A DNA stretch of 64,000 bases from a virus (Duplodnaviria; Caudoviricetes), in IMG/VR virus record IMGVR_UViG_3300046779_001841, positions 192,001 to 256,000 of that record; one strand, given 5' to 3'. This document shows, piece by piece, positions 39,361-48,179 of the stretch. A program made the position numbers and the translations under genes. Position 1 is the stretch's first letter. The number at the start of each line of letters is the position of its first letter. The notes below the pieces were generated by a model. The model ran no database searches and was not told the DNA's origin. It worked only from the letters and a program-made list of their open reading frames with translations.

Positions 39361-40488
39361 TTGCAGATACAATCATTTACACAAAAGGTTATAAATGTCG
39401 TGGATACTACCAAAAAATTTAATCACATCTCTTTATGCGCAGGATACGGAGGCATTGATCTTGGATTGTCAAGAGTTATCTCAAACTTGCGAACCATTGC
39501 TATTTGTGAGATCGAACTATATCCAATCCAAAACTTGGTTGCAAAAATGGAAAAAGGAATGTTACCTCCAACCCCCATTTGGCCGGATGTTAAAACTTTC
39601 CCATACCAAGACTTTTATGGAAAAGTGGATTTCTTTAGTGGAGGATTCCCATGTCAACCTTTTTCCAGTTCAGGAAAAAGAAAAGCAGATGACGACCCAA
39701 GACATCTCTTCCCTTATTTCAAAATGGGAATCCAGTTATGTAGACCTGCCTTTGTTTTTCTTGAAAATGTCAGAGGAATCATCTCAAGTACCATCAACAA
39801 TGATGGATGGTCAGATCCCAAAGGAACTCCAGTTTTGCTTCATGTCTGCAGGGAATTGGAAAGAATTGGTTATCAAGTTAAGTGGGGATTGTACACTGCG
39901 AGTGAAACAGGCTTGCCACATTCAAGACACCGAGTTTTTATCTTGGGTGCAAGAAATGACATCAAACAAGACCAATTCAAAGAATTTTCAAAATACTTCT
40001 CTTCTACCGAAAACAGTCAAGAATCAAACTTACAAAGAATTGGACAAGATTTTGCAGGTGTCGAAACCATCAAATCTAAGTACATTGCCACACCTAGAGG
40101 AAGAAACAGACAACAAGATAGACTTGAACCAAGAAGAACAAGATTACGAACTTCTAATGGAAGCGAATTGGGTAACACCAACCAAGAGCGATCCAGTGAA
40201 CATAGGCTTCGAGTATGTGATGAGAAGGTATCTGAACAACAGACAATTAATGGTAGCGGAACAGATAGCATTAGACATGAAACATCAATATCAGAGCCAA
40301 GAGAAATTAGATGTGAATCCACGATGGGTAGAAATGTTAATGGGTCTTCCGATTGGCTGGACTATGAAAGACTCTGCAACAGTTTTTCAAATATACAAGA
40401 TGAAATAGCTTTGCTTGGTAATGGTGTTGTCCCTGCTACTGCTGAAGTTGCTTTTAGAGATTTATTTAAACAACTGCTCGATGAATGA
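39361..40488 (+). CDS. C5-cytosine DNA methyltransferase, alpha polypeptide (probable GTG start at 39400)
   Basis: Motif I SLCAGYGG, IV GGFPCQPFS, VI FLENVRG, VIII HSRHRVFILG, X LLGNGVVP. No motif IX in this frame. Confidence 0.9.
   Translation: MQIQSFTQKVINVVDTTKKFNHISLCAGYGGIDLGLSRVISNLRTIAICEIELYPIQNLVAKMEKGMLPPTPIWPDVKTFPYQDFYGKVDFFSGGFPCQPFSSSGKRKADDDPRHLFPYFKMGIQLCRPAFVFLENVRGIISSTINNDGWSDPKGTPVLLHVCRELERIGYQVKWGLYTASETGLPHSRHRVFILGARNDIKQDQFKEFSKYFSSTENSQESNLQRIGQDFAGVETIKSKYIATPRGRNRQQDRLEPRRTRLRTSNGSELGNTNQERSSEHRLRVCDEKVSEQQTINGSGTDSIRHETSISEPREIRCESTMGRNVNGSSDWLDYERLCNSFSNIQDEIALLGNGVVPATAEVAFRDLFKQLLDE
39395..40408 (+). CDS. C5 methyltransferase beta polypeptide in an overlapping frame (carries motif IX)
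   Basis: 337-aa ORF almost wholly inside the alpha gene; ends VNPRWVEMLMGLPIGWT (motif IX-like); its ATG is 5 nt before the alpha GTG. Confidence 0.75.
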   Translation: MSWILPKNLITSLYAQDTEALILDCQELSQTCEPLLFVRSNYIQSKTWLQKWKKECYLQPPFGRMLKLSHTKTFMEKWISLVEDSHVNLFPVQEKEKQMTTQDISSLISKWESSYVDLPLFFLKMSEESSQVPSTMMDGQIPKELQFCFMSAGNWKELVIKLSGDCTLRVKQACHIQDTEFLSWVQEMTSNKTNSKNFQNTSLLPKTVKNQTYKELDKILQVSKPSNLSTLPHLEEETDNKIDLNQEEQDYELLMEANWVTPTKSDPVNIGFEYVMRRYLNNRQLMVAEQIALDMKHQYQSQEKLDVNPRWVEMLMGLPIGWTMKDSATVFQIYKMK

Positions 40489-40549
40489 AACTCAATAATT
40501 TATTTATATATCTTCTATTAATAGATTTTTCTAAAAAAGGGTTTCTAAA

Positions 40550-40829
40550 ATGAGATTTACTAGCTAAATTCTTTGTAGGTTGGTTATTAGAATCTGATTG
40601 CATTATTCAATATAAAAACAATAAAACTACCTTTAAAGATAATGTTTGGAATGGTGGTATCAAATATTACGATTGGACAAGACAAGCTGAACAAAAGTTG
40701 GCTAAAATTCATCAAGAACTTGATGAATTTCAATATGATTTAATCAAGTCTTTTTGTGAAGATATAGGTAAGTATCTTATGAGTATGATTGATGAATTAA
40801 TCAGATTAACAGCACTTTTTCAATCTTAA
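40550..40829 (+). pseudogene. Frameshifted small ORF (91 codons open from 40554)
   Basis: ATG at 40550 after an AAGGG site stops after 5 codons. The frame from 40554 reads DLLAKFFVGWLLESD...LTALFQS* with no start codon near its 5' end. Confidence 0.5.
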
Positions 40830-40847
40830 AAAGATGAATCTAATGGT

Positions 40848-41843
40848 TTAATAAAATATATGTGCTTGGCTTTCTGCATAAGCCTGATTACTAATTTCCA
40901 CCCATTTCGCTTTAAATTGTAATTCTCTTATTGTTCTTGCTCCACTATAACTCAATCCACTTCTTATATTGATTGCTATCTCATCCAATATATCATCTAC
41001 AGATCCTTTATATCCTACTTGATGACTTACACCTTCTACTGATCTCACTGTTCCTCTCCATTGTGATTGTGCTTCTTTACTTGCCATTCCTACATACTTC
41101 TTATATTTATTTCCATGTTCATCTGTATGCACTTTACCTGGTGCTTCATCTGTACCTGCTAAATATGAACCTAGCATTACAAAATTCGCACCACCTGCTA
41201 GACACTTAACCATATCACCTGTTGTCTTAATCCCACCATCTGCAATAATTGGCATCTCATAAGTTGAACTTGCACAATCAAATACACTCGCAAGTGTTGG
41301 AATACCATGTCCTGTTTGTATTCTTGTTGTACAAATAGAACCACCACCTATTCCTACACGAACTGCATTTGCACCAGCATCTATTAAAAATTCATAACCA
41401 TCTTTAGTCGCTACATTTCCAGCGATTACATATACTTTACCATAACCATATCTTCTTCTGATCTCTTTTAAAGCATCTCCTACAACTTTTGTATGTCCAT
41501 GTGCAACATCCAAACAAAAATCTGTAATTCCCATTTCTACAAATTTATCCAAATCATTGATCTCATTACAACCTATCGCAACACATGAACTTCTTGATCT
41601 GGATGAAAGTGAAATTCTTTCTTCTATGGTATTATATCTATGAATAACACCATAACCACCTTTTTTATTCATTGCCAAAGCCATTTCATCTTCTGTTACT
41701 GTTGTCATTGGTGATGACATAACAGGTAAAGATAAAGAACGATCACCTAGTTTAGAAGATAAATCTATTTCATCTCTGGATGCTATATCTGAATATTGTG
41801 GTGAAATAAGATAGTCATTGAAAGTTTTTAAAAGCATTTGCAT
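40848..41843 (-). CDS. guaB: IMP dehydrogenase / GMP reductase family protein without CBS domains
   Basis: [84 protein letters not shown]. Confidence 0.85.
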   Translation of the reverse strand: MQMLLKTFNDYLISPQYSDIASRDEIDLSSKLGDRSLSLPVMSSPMTTVTEDEMALAMNKKGGYGVIHRYNTIEERISLSSRSRSSCVAIGCNEINDLDKFVEMGITDFCLDVAHGHTKVVGDALKEIRRRYGYGKVYVIAGNVATKDGYEFLIDAGANAVRVGIGGGSICTTRIQTGHGIPTLASVFDCASSTYEMPIIADGGIKTTGDMVKCLAGGANFVMLGSYLAGTDEAPGKVHTDEHGNKYKKYVGMASKEAQSQWRGTVRSVEGVSHQVGYKGSVDDILDEIAINIRSGLSYSGARTIRELQFKAKWVEISNQAYAESQAHIFY

Positions 41844-41909
41844 ATTCCTTATATAAAAGACAAACCAAATAATTATACTATCTATTTCTATCCTACAAGC
41901 ACGAATTTT

Positions 41910-44900
41910 TTATTGATTTTTAAAATACCTTCTTGTGAATAAGACCAAGATCATTAGCATAAACAATAAATTCGCTGTGTGATCTATATTCTGGCAACTA
42001 CCACCTTGAAATTTTGTCTTTTTAGTTGTGCCTTTGTCTTCATACATTATAGGATACATATCATCTAGTGGTTGCACTTTCATGTCTTTAATCATTTGAT
42101 CTAAAAGCATATCAATATCTTTATCTACTCGCATATCATTTTCTATACTCATATCATTTTCTTGAACATTAAGATTATTGTCACTTAACACTCGTATTCT
42201 AAATGACTGTTCTGTTCTACCACCATCATATAGATAATGATCATCACTTCCTTGATAATCTAATGCGATCAAATTTACACTCGCTTCTGTTCCTGCTAAA
42301 TTTGATGCTACTCTCCATTCTAATCTAAATAAATTCTCATCTATCTGTTCGATTGTCATTTCTGTTGGTGACCCTGCACCTAATTTCACTTCAATCAAAT
42401 CAAACTTTCCTTGATCTTTCACTTGTATATCATATTTATATATCCTACCTGCATAAGCTATTGTATCTGGCAAACTAATAAATACTGGTGCAGTGTTTGT
42501 GACATGAACTCTAATCTTGTTATAGTAACCAAATGGTGAAATCATTTTAATCGTGTAAATACCATCATCTTCAAATAAATATGATACTTCTTCTCCATGC
42601 TTATCCACTTCATTTTCCAGCAACCATAAATAATCACTCGTTTCATCTGTTTCAAGATTACAATTTTCCAAATTCACTTTTGGATTATCTATTTCTGTTG
42701 CACTTAATACTACACAACGACCTTCTTCACTTTGAATATTATCCACTGTTAATAACCATGCTTCTACATCTACTTGCTTGATTATTTCTGTTGTTGTATT
42801 TGACCACTCATCATGTATTAATATTTTCACTGGCATTACACCTGCTCTATGTGCTTCATATATTTGATTACCACTCCAACTTCTTTCTCTCTCAAACACA
42901 CCATCATTCTCAAAATCTATCGTATATAACAAGTCATCTACATCTATGTCATTTGCCATAACATTTAATGTTAATACACCATCATCTTGCCATACTTGAA
43001 CTTCATTTAATTCTGTTGGATGATTTACTACTTGGATTTCTTTTGTAAAAATTTCCGATTGTCTGTTTGATGTGAAACCTTTAATCTTTACTAGATATGG
43101 TGTTTCTTTCCACTCATATTTATGTTCAAGAGAATTATTGACTACACCATCATTCCAATCCACTTCATAGTTAAGAAATAAAGTATCACTGATTACTCTT
43201 AAATTTACTAATCCACCTGCACCTATCTCTACATCTACATCCGAAATCAAAGGTGTTGGTTGTGGTTCAATTACAATAGAAATCTCTGTTTCTACATTTG
43301 ACCAAGTATCTTTGACTTTAAGATATAAGGTATGTTGCTGATTTACATCTAAATCAAAGATCTCTAAATTTGTTCTTTCTTCATATTCTTGATCTGCATT
43401 TACTTTCCAATAATATTTTAAGACACTTGTATCTGGATCTGTTGCATTTACTACAATTAGATAACTACCACCTGCTAATAAATGTTTATTCATGTTTAAG
43501 ATTGTAGGTGCATCTGGAATAATAATCTCTGTAATTCTTGAAGTGCTTAAACCATTTGTGTCTTTAACTGTTATTAAAGCAGGATAAGGTTCTGTTCGAT
43601 AAGGTAAATCAAAATCTAATTGTGTATATGTATTACCATTCACTTCTACTATATAAGATAACTCATCATTGTTTGGATCTTTGGCATCTACAATAAGCCA
43701 ACATTTACCTGCATATCCTATGAGATTTGTGATCGAATTAATCATAGGTGCTTGGTTTTCCATGAAGTTTAATGTTTCTAATATTTGTTGTGATTGCGAA
43801 CCACGACTATCCATTACACTCACACTTGGAGTAAAACTACCATAAGATGTATATGTATACACAAATATGCCAGTGTTATTTGTTATAGACGAACTACCAT
43901 CACCTGCATTAAATACATATTGCAAACTATCATTATCCATATCAGTCGCATTTACAAACACTGTTATCGTATTTGTGTTTTGTGTTACATCTACATCTAA
44001 AACTAATGGTGCTTGATTAAAAGTATTTAAATTGACTTGATATTCTCTCTCTAAACCTAAATTGTCTTTTACTATAATGCGAACTGGTGTTTCATCACTT
44101 GTAGCTTTAAATGTATATGTATTCAAACTACTATTCACTACTTCTACATAAGCAATATCATTTATATCTATTGTGTAAGATAAGCTATTCGCCTTGTTAA
44201 ATGAATATGCTTGACTATATAGACTACTTGTATCTGAACCATCAAATGCACTTACTGTAAAAATACCAGTGTTTAGACTTACTATATATGGTGTAATAAA
44301 TGGTGGTGTATCTACAACAATATTGTCATTAAAAGTAGCAGTGATGAATGGATCAAAATCTGTTATTGTTGCAATACCTTTTACTTCGATCATTGGATTT
44401 GGTTCTGCATAGATTTGTATCTCATAGAAACCATTACCTTGTTTTTCTATTTCTACTGATGAAATAATTGGACTTAAATTTCTATGCTCAACTAAAAGAC
44501 TTTCTATCACTGGTGGAATATTTGGCACTTCTACATATATACTTTTTGTTGATACTAGACCACCACTATCAGTAGCAGTCACTTTAATCGTATCTATTCT
44601 ATAACCATCGCCTACAGGTATATATTCATACACACCTGTTGCGATTTCATTAAAACTACCTTGACCTGATATAACTTCTACTTGATAAGACACATTTAAA
44701 TTCTCAGGATCAAAAGATTGATTAAGATCTATGAGATTATTCGATACTGTTTCTACAATGACTGGTGGTTGAGTATTTGGCAAAATATTTACGATCACCG
44801 AACCAAAAGAACATAAAGAACAATCTGTTTTTTCTACACCATCAAGACAACTATCTGTCCATTGACCATCATCACAAATTTTAAAAGGAATAGATATTTT

Positions 44901-47063
44901 AGATAGATTACTTGGTAAAACATAAGATGCTTCTTGTTGTGTAAATACACCATCAAGATTGCTATCAAATTCCACTGATGAAATGAAATCTCTTGGATGA
45001 TTACCAAAAGGATCTTGATTTACATCTGCATCATAAGAAGAGTTAGCATTTAAAGTTAAAGTTTGACCTGTATATCCAGTAAAGATTTCAGTGATTGGAA
45101 CAGGTGCATGATTATATTTGCTTATGCTTATAGATACTGCATCTACATCATCTACAATTCGATTAAGATTATCTATTGTTCTAAGTGTTACTTTTTGTTT
45201 AAGTGTTTGACCCCAATCTACATTATTTGTGTAGGTATATGTAAATTTTTCATTGATGTCATTTGTTGTGAAATCCCAGATTGTTTCATTTTCGTCAACA
45301 ATAAGGTTCTTATTTATATCTTCATTGCAGTTATTAATCTCATTTATGGAACAATCGGGTAAAGTATGATCTATATGGTCGATCACATTCCATTTAAATG
45401 TAGTAATGCTTACTTCTGGATCAAGAACATAAGACCATGAATGATCAAAAGTAACAGTATTGTTAGGTGAAATAAGTTGTGGTGTTGCTTTGGCATAAGG
45501 TTGAACTTCTAACCAAGATTGAATAATTTGTGTAATAACAGATGTTCTTTCATTAGTAGAGAAAGAACCACTCCAAAGCCAATTACCAGTCCAAGTCCAA
45601 GTACCATTTGTTTGTTGTTTAGAAGAACCATTAGAATTTTTATTTGGATTTTTTCCAGTGATAAAGAAATCAGTAAATTCATTTGACCAATGAATACCAT
45701 TTGGCAAATAAGTTATTTCTGGTGAAAAAGATCTAAGACCTTTTGTAGAAGCGTAGATATAGTAAAGACCCCAATGGTTACTATCAGTAAGATACCAAGA
45801 TTGGATAGCATTAATAGAATTATTAACTTGTGCATTTGTGTTTAAGTCCTCGTTTTCAGTCCATCCATAACCAACAAGTGTATTACCTGCTAGTTTGCCA
45901 TTACCATTACCATCATAATAACATATACCATTTGGACAATAAAGTGACAACCAATCTCTTTGTTTTGTTTTAAAAGTTTCATAATCTACATTATTAAATT
46001 TTCTTTTAAGAATACGAATAGCTTCTGGTGCCCAACCATTTGTTGAAGCATCATCTGTTGCACCAGCAAGATTACTGCAAGTATAAAACCATGCACCATC
46101 TGAAGTAGTGCATTGTAAAAGACCATCAATAATATCTTGACCAATATTTTTAAGATCTACACCAAAGATACCTTGCCTACCTACAGGTGAAATATAAGAA
46201 GAATTACCAAAATTTGCCAAAGGTTCTGACCATGCAGTCGATTCATAACTTGACCAAAAGAAAGCATTAAGATTATTTAATGCTACAAATTCCATTCCTT
46301 TACCTGCATTACCTAAAACATCAGTATCTGTAAATCCTATGTTCTTTAATTGCATTGTAGATAAAATAGAATGTAATCCACATTGTGTAAGATGTCTATA
46401 ATATGGATCGTTATCTTTATTTAAACCAAAACCATGTCCTCGTCTTAGAAAAGCATTTAAAGCCATACCTGTAGAATATAATGTTTGATTGCCAGGTACA
46501 TAACATAGGTGTTCATTATGACCAAGAGAATCATTTCCTTTATGAATAGCTTGTCTAAACAAATACCATAAAGCTATATCTACTGCACGACTAGAATAGA
46601 TTTGTCTTGTTAAATTAAGATTGCCATCGTTCGCATTACAATTCGCATTTAAAGGATCGTTGTAGTAATTATTGCAAATACGATCTACATGGATAAGAAC
46701 AGGCATGATAGCAGATGCAATTTCATTACCACAAGACACTTCTACTTTAGGATATATATAAGTGTTACCTAAAACATTTGGATATTGATATGAGAGATGA
46801 AGTGGTGCAAAAAAAGGATTGCCAGTGATTGAGATACTTGTTTCACTCGCATCATCAAAATCACCATCACCATTTACATCCCATCGATAAGAATAAGATG
46901 CACAATTACCACCTTCAACAATAGCTTGTAAATGAGTAGGCAAACCATTTAGTGCGATATGTGGAATATCTGGATTAGATTGCACATAAGGAATAGTAGA
47001 TACTTTTAAAGGTTCAGCATAAAGAGAACTGAATAAAAGTAGGAATATAAGCAGGTATTTCAT
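41910..47063 (-). CDS. Large secreted cell-surface protein: prenyltransferase/squalene-cyclase-like barrel, PKD/Ig-like repeats, MYXO-CTERM-like anchor
   Basis: Signal peptide MKYLLIFLLLFSSLYA; AVDIALWYL, DGAWFY, YYIYASTKGL, QQTNGTW motifs; repeated NQAP/YxWxxxxDG/GDGSS units; DM-rich linker; GGSCQ plus hydrophobic helix plus RR at the C-terminus. Confidence 0.7.
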   Translation of the reverse strand: MKYLLIFLLLFSSLYAEPLKVSTIPYVQSNPDIPHIALNGLPTHLQAIVEGGNCASYSYRWDVNGDGDFDDASETSISITGNPFFAPLHLSYQYPNVLGNTYIYPKVEVSCGNEIASAIMPVLIHVDRICNNYYNDPLNANCNANDGNLNLTRQIYSSRAVDIALWYLFRQAIHKGNDSLGHNEHLCYVPGNQTLYSTGMALNAFLRRGHGFGLNKDNDPYYRHLTQCGLHSILSTMQLKNIGFTDTDVLGNAGKGMEFVALNNLNAFFWSSYESTAWSEPLANFGNSSYISPVGRQGIFGVDLKNIGQDIIDGLLQCTTSDGAWFYTCSNLAGATDDASTNGWAPEAIRILKRKFNNVDYETFKTKQRDWLSLYCPNGICYYDGNGNGKLAGNTLVGYGWTENEDLNTNAQVNNSINAIQSWYLTDSNHWGLYYIYASTKGLRSFSPEITYLPNGIHWSNEFTDFFITGKNPNKNSNGSSKQQTNGTWTWTGNWLWSGSFSTNERTSVITQIIQSWLEVQPYAKATPQLISPNNTVTFDHSWSYVLDPEVSITTFKWNVIDHIDHTLPDCSINEINNCNEDINKNLIVDENETIWDFTTNDINEKFTYTYTNNVDWGQTLKQKVTLRTIDNLNRIVDDVDAVSISISKYNHAPVPITEIFTGYTGQTLTLNANSSYDADVNQDPFGNHPRDFISSVEFDSNLDGVFTQQEASYVLPSNLSKISIPFKICDDGQWTDSCLDGVEKTDCSLCSFGSVIVNILPNTQPPVIVETVSNNLIDLNQSFDPENLNVSYQVEVISGQGSFNEIATGVYEYIPVGDGYRIDTIKVTATDSGGLVSTKSIYVEVPNIPPVIESLLVEHRNLSPIISSVEIEKQGNGFYEIQIYAEPNPMIEVKGIATITDFDPFITATFNDNIVVDTPPFITPYIVSLNTGIFTVSAFDGSDTSSLYSQAYSFNKANSLSYTIDINDIAYVEVVNSSLNTYTFKATSDETPVRIIVKDNLGLEREYQVNLNTFNQAPLVLDVDVTQNTNTITVFVNATDMDNDSLQYVFNAGDGSSSITNNTGIFVYTYTSYGSFTPSVSVMDSRGSQSQQILETLNFMENQAPMINSITNLIGYAGKCWLIVDAKDPNNDELSYIVEVNGNTYTQLDFDLPYRTEPYPALITVKDTNGLSTSRITEIIIPDAPTILNMNKHLLAGGSYLIVVNATDPDTSVLKYYWKVNADQEYEERTNLEIFDLDVNQQHTLYLKVKDTWSNVETEISIVIEPQPTPLISDVDVEIGAGGLVNLRVISDTLFLNYEVDWNDGVVNNSLEHKYEWKETPYLVKIKGFTSNRQSEIFTKEIQVVNHPTELNEVQVWQDDGVLTLNVMANDIDVDDLLYTIDFENDGVFERERSWSGNQIYEAHRAGVMPVKILIHDEWSNTTTEIIKQVDVEAWLLTVDNIQSEEGRCVVLSATEIDNPKVNLENCNLETDETSDYLWLLENEVDKHGEEVSYLFEDDGIYTIKMISPFGYYNKIRVHVTNTAPVFISLPDTIAYAGRIYKYDIQVKDQGKFDLIEVKLGAGSPTEMTIEQIDENLFRLEWRVASNLAGTEASVNLIALDYQGSDDHYLYDGGRTEQSFRIRVLSDNNLNVQENDMSIENDMRVDKDIDMLLDQMIKDMKVQPLDDMYPIMYEDKGTTKKTKFQGGSCQNIDHTANLLFMLMILVLFTRRYFKNQ

Positions 47064-47166
47064 ATTTACCTCGTCAAAGAAAAAGTCTTAAACAAAGTAA
47101 AAACATTTAAAGTTTAATAAATGATTTATTTTAAAAGTCTTTGTTAAAAAACATTTAAAATAAAGG

Positions 47167-48168
47167 ATGGTAAAAATGGCTGTTCATTATGTAGATATAA
47201 CCAAAGACGATTTAGAGAATTGGTTGGATAGTTTAGGTAAAAAATGGACAAAAGATGTCACAAAAGCAGGTATTTATTACATACATTTATCAAATACTGT
47301 TGCTGTTAAACTATCAAGTACTTTGTCTGGCACTCAAACAACAATGGATTATGCCAAAGCATCAATGAAGTTATCTTTAGTAAGTTTGGTAACAAAGAAA
47401 CTCTTAAATAAGAAAGATGCAGATCGTTCGCATTTTAAGAGAACTACAAATTGGAAAACAACATGGAAAGAAGGTGTTGATCATTGGGAATCCGTGTATA
47501 AAAATGCCAAAGGTTTTTATGATCGTATATCAGTAGTAGAAGACCAAGAGCAATATAAAGAAAATTGGTTATCTAAAATAGAGAGTGTTCAAAATTGGGA
47601 AAGTGTTTCTATCTTATCTCAATTACATAATAAGGTGCAAACAGGCACGATTTTAAGTCCAAATCAAGAAGGTGCGATTCTTAAATTTGTTAAGAATGTA
47701 AGATCAGTGCCAACACCTGTTGTGGAAGAATCAAGAACACCAGTATCATCTTATAAAGAAGAATGGTTATCTAAGATAGAAATTGTTCCAAATTGGGAAG
47801 ATATAGATTTCTTATCACAAGTACATGATAAAGTGTTAAGAGGTGTGAGATTAAGTCCAAATCAAGAAAATGCCATTCTTAAATTTGTTAATAATGTAAA
47901 ATCAAGGTCAAGACCTGTCCATGTAGAACAACAAAGACCTGTAATGCAACAAAGACCTGTTCATGTAGAGCAACCTGCAACACAAGTACATTTTACACCA
48001 GAGCAACAAAGAGCAATGGCAAGATTAGAAGCATTAGTAGAAGTAGCAAGTCCAGTGGATTCAACTTTTACACTGATCATGATCAATAAAGCTAAAAAAG
48101 GCATTAAGTTGTCTGATGAAGAAAAACAAAAACTTATTGGCTTATTAAGACAATATAACATTCAATAA
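47167..48168 (+). CDS. Hypothetical protein with two ~66-aa internal repeats (start may be 47176)
   Basis: YKENWLSKIE..LSPNQEGAILKFV and YKEEWLSKIE..LSPNQENAILKFV. Confidence 0.75.
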   Translation: MVKMAVHYVDITKDDLENWLDSLGKKWTKDVTKAGIYYIHLSNTVAVKLSSTLSGTQTTMDYAKASMKLSLVSLVTKKLLNKKDADRSHFKRTTNWKTTWKEGVDHWESVYKNAKGFYDRISVVEDQEQYKENWLSKIESVQNWESVSILSQLHNKVQTGTILSPNQEGAILKFVKNVRSVPTPVVEESRTPVSSYKEEWLSKIEIVPNWEDIDFLSQVHDKVLRGVRLSPNQENAILKFVNNVKSRSRPVHVEQQRPVMQQRPVHVEQPATQVHFTPEQQRAMARLEALVEVASPVDSTFTLIMINKAKKGIKLSDEEKQKLIGLLRQYNIQ

Positions 48169-48179
48169 GGAGAAGATAA

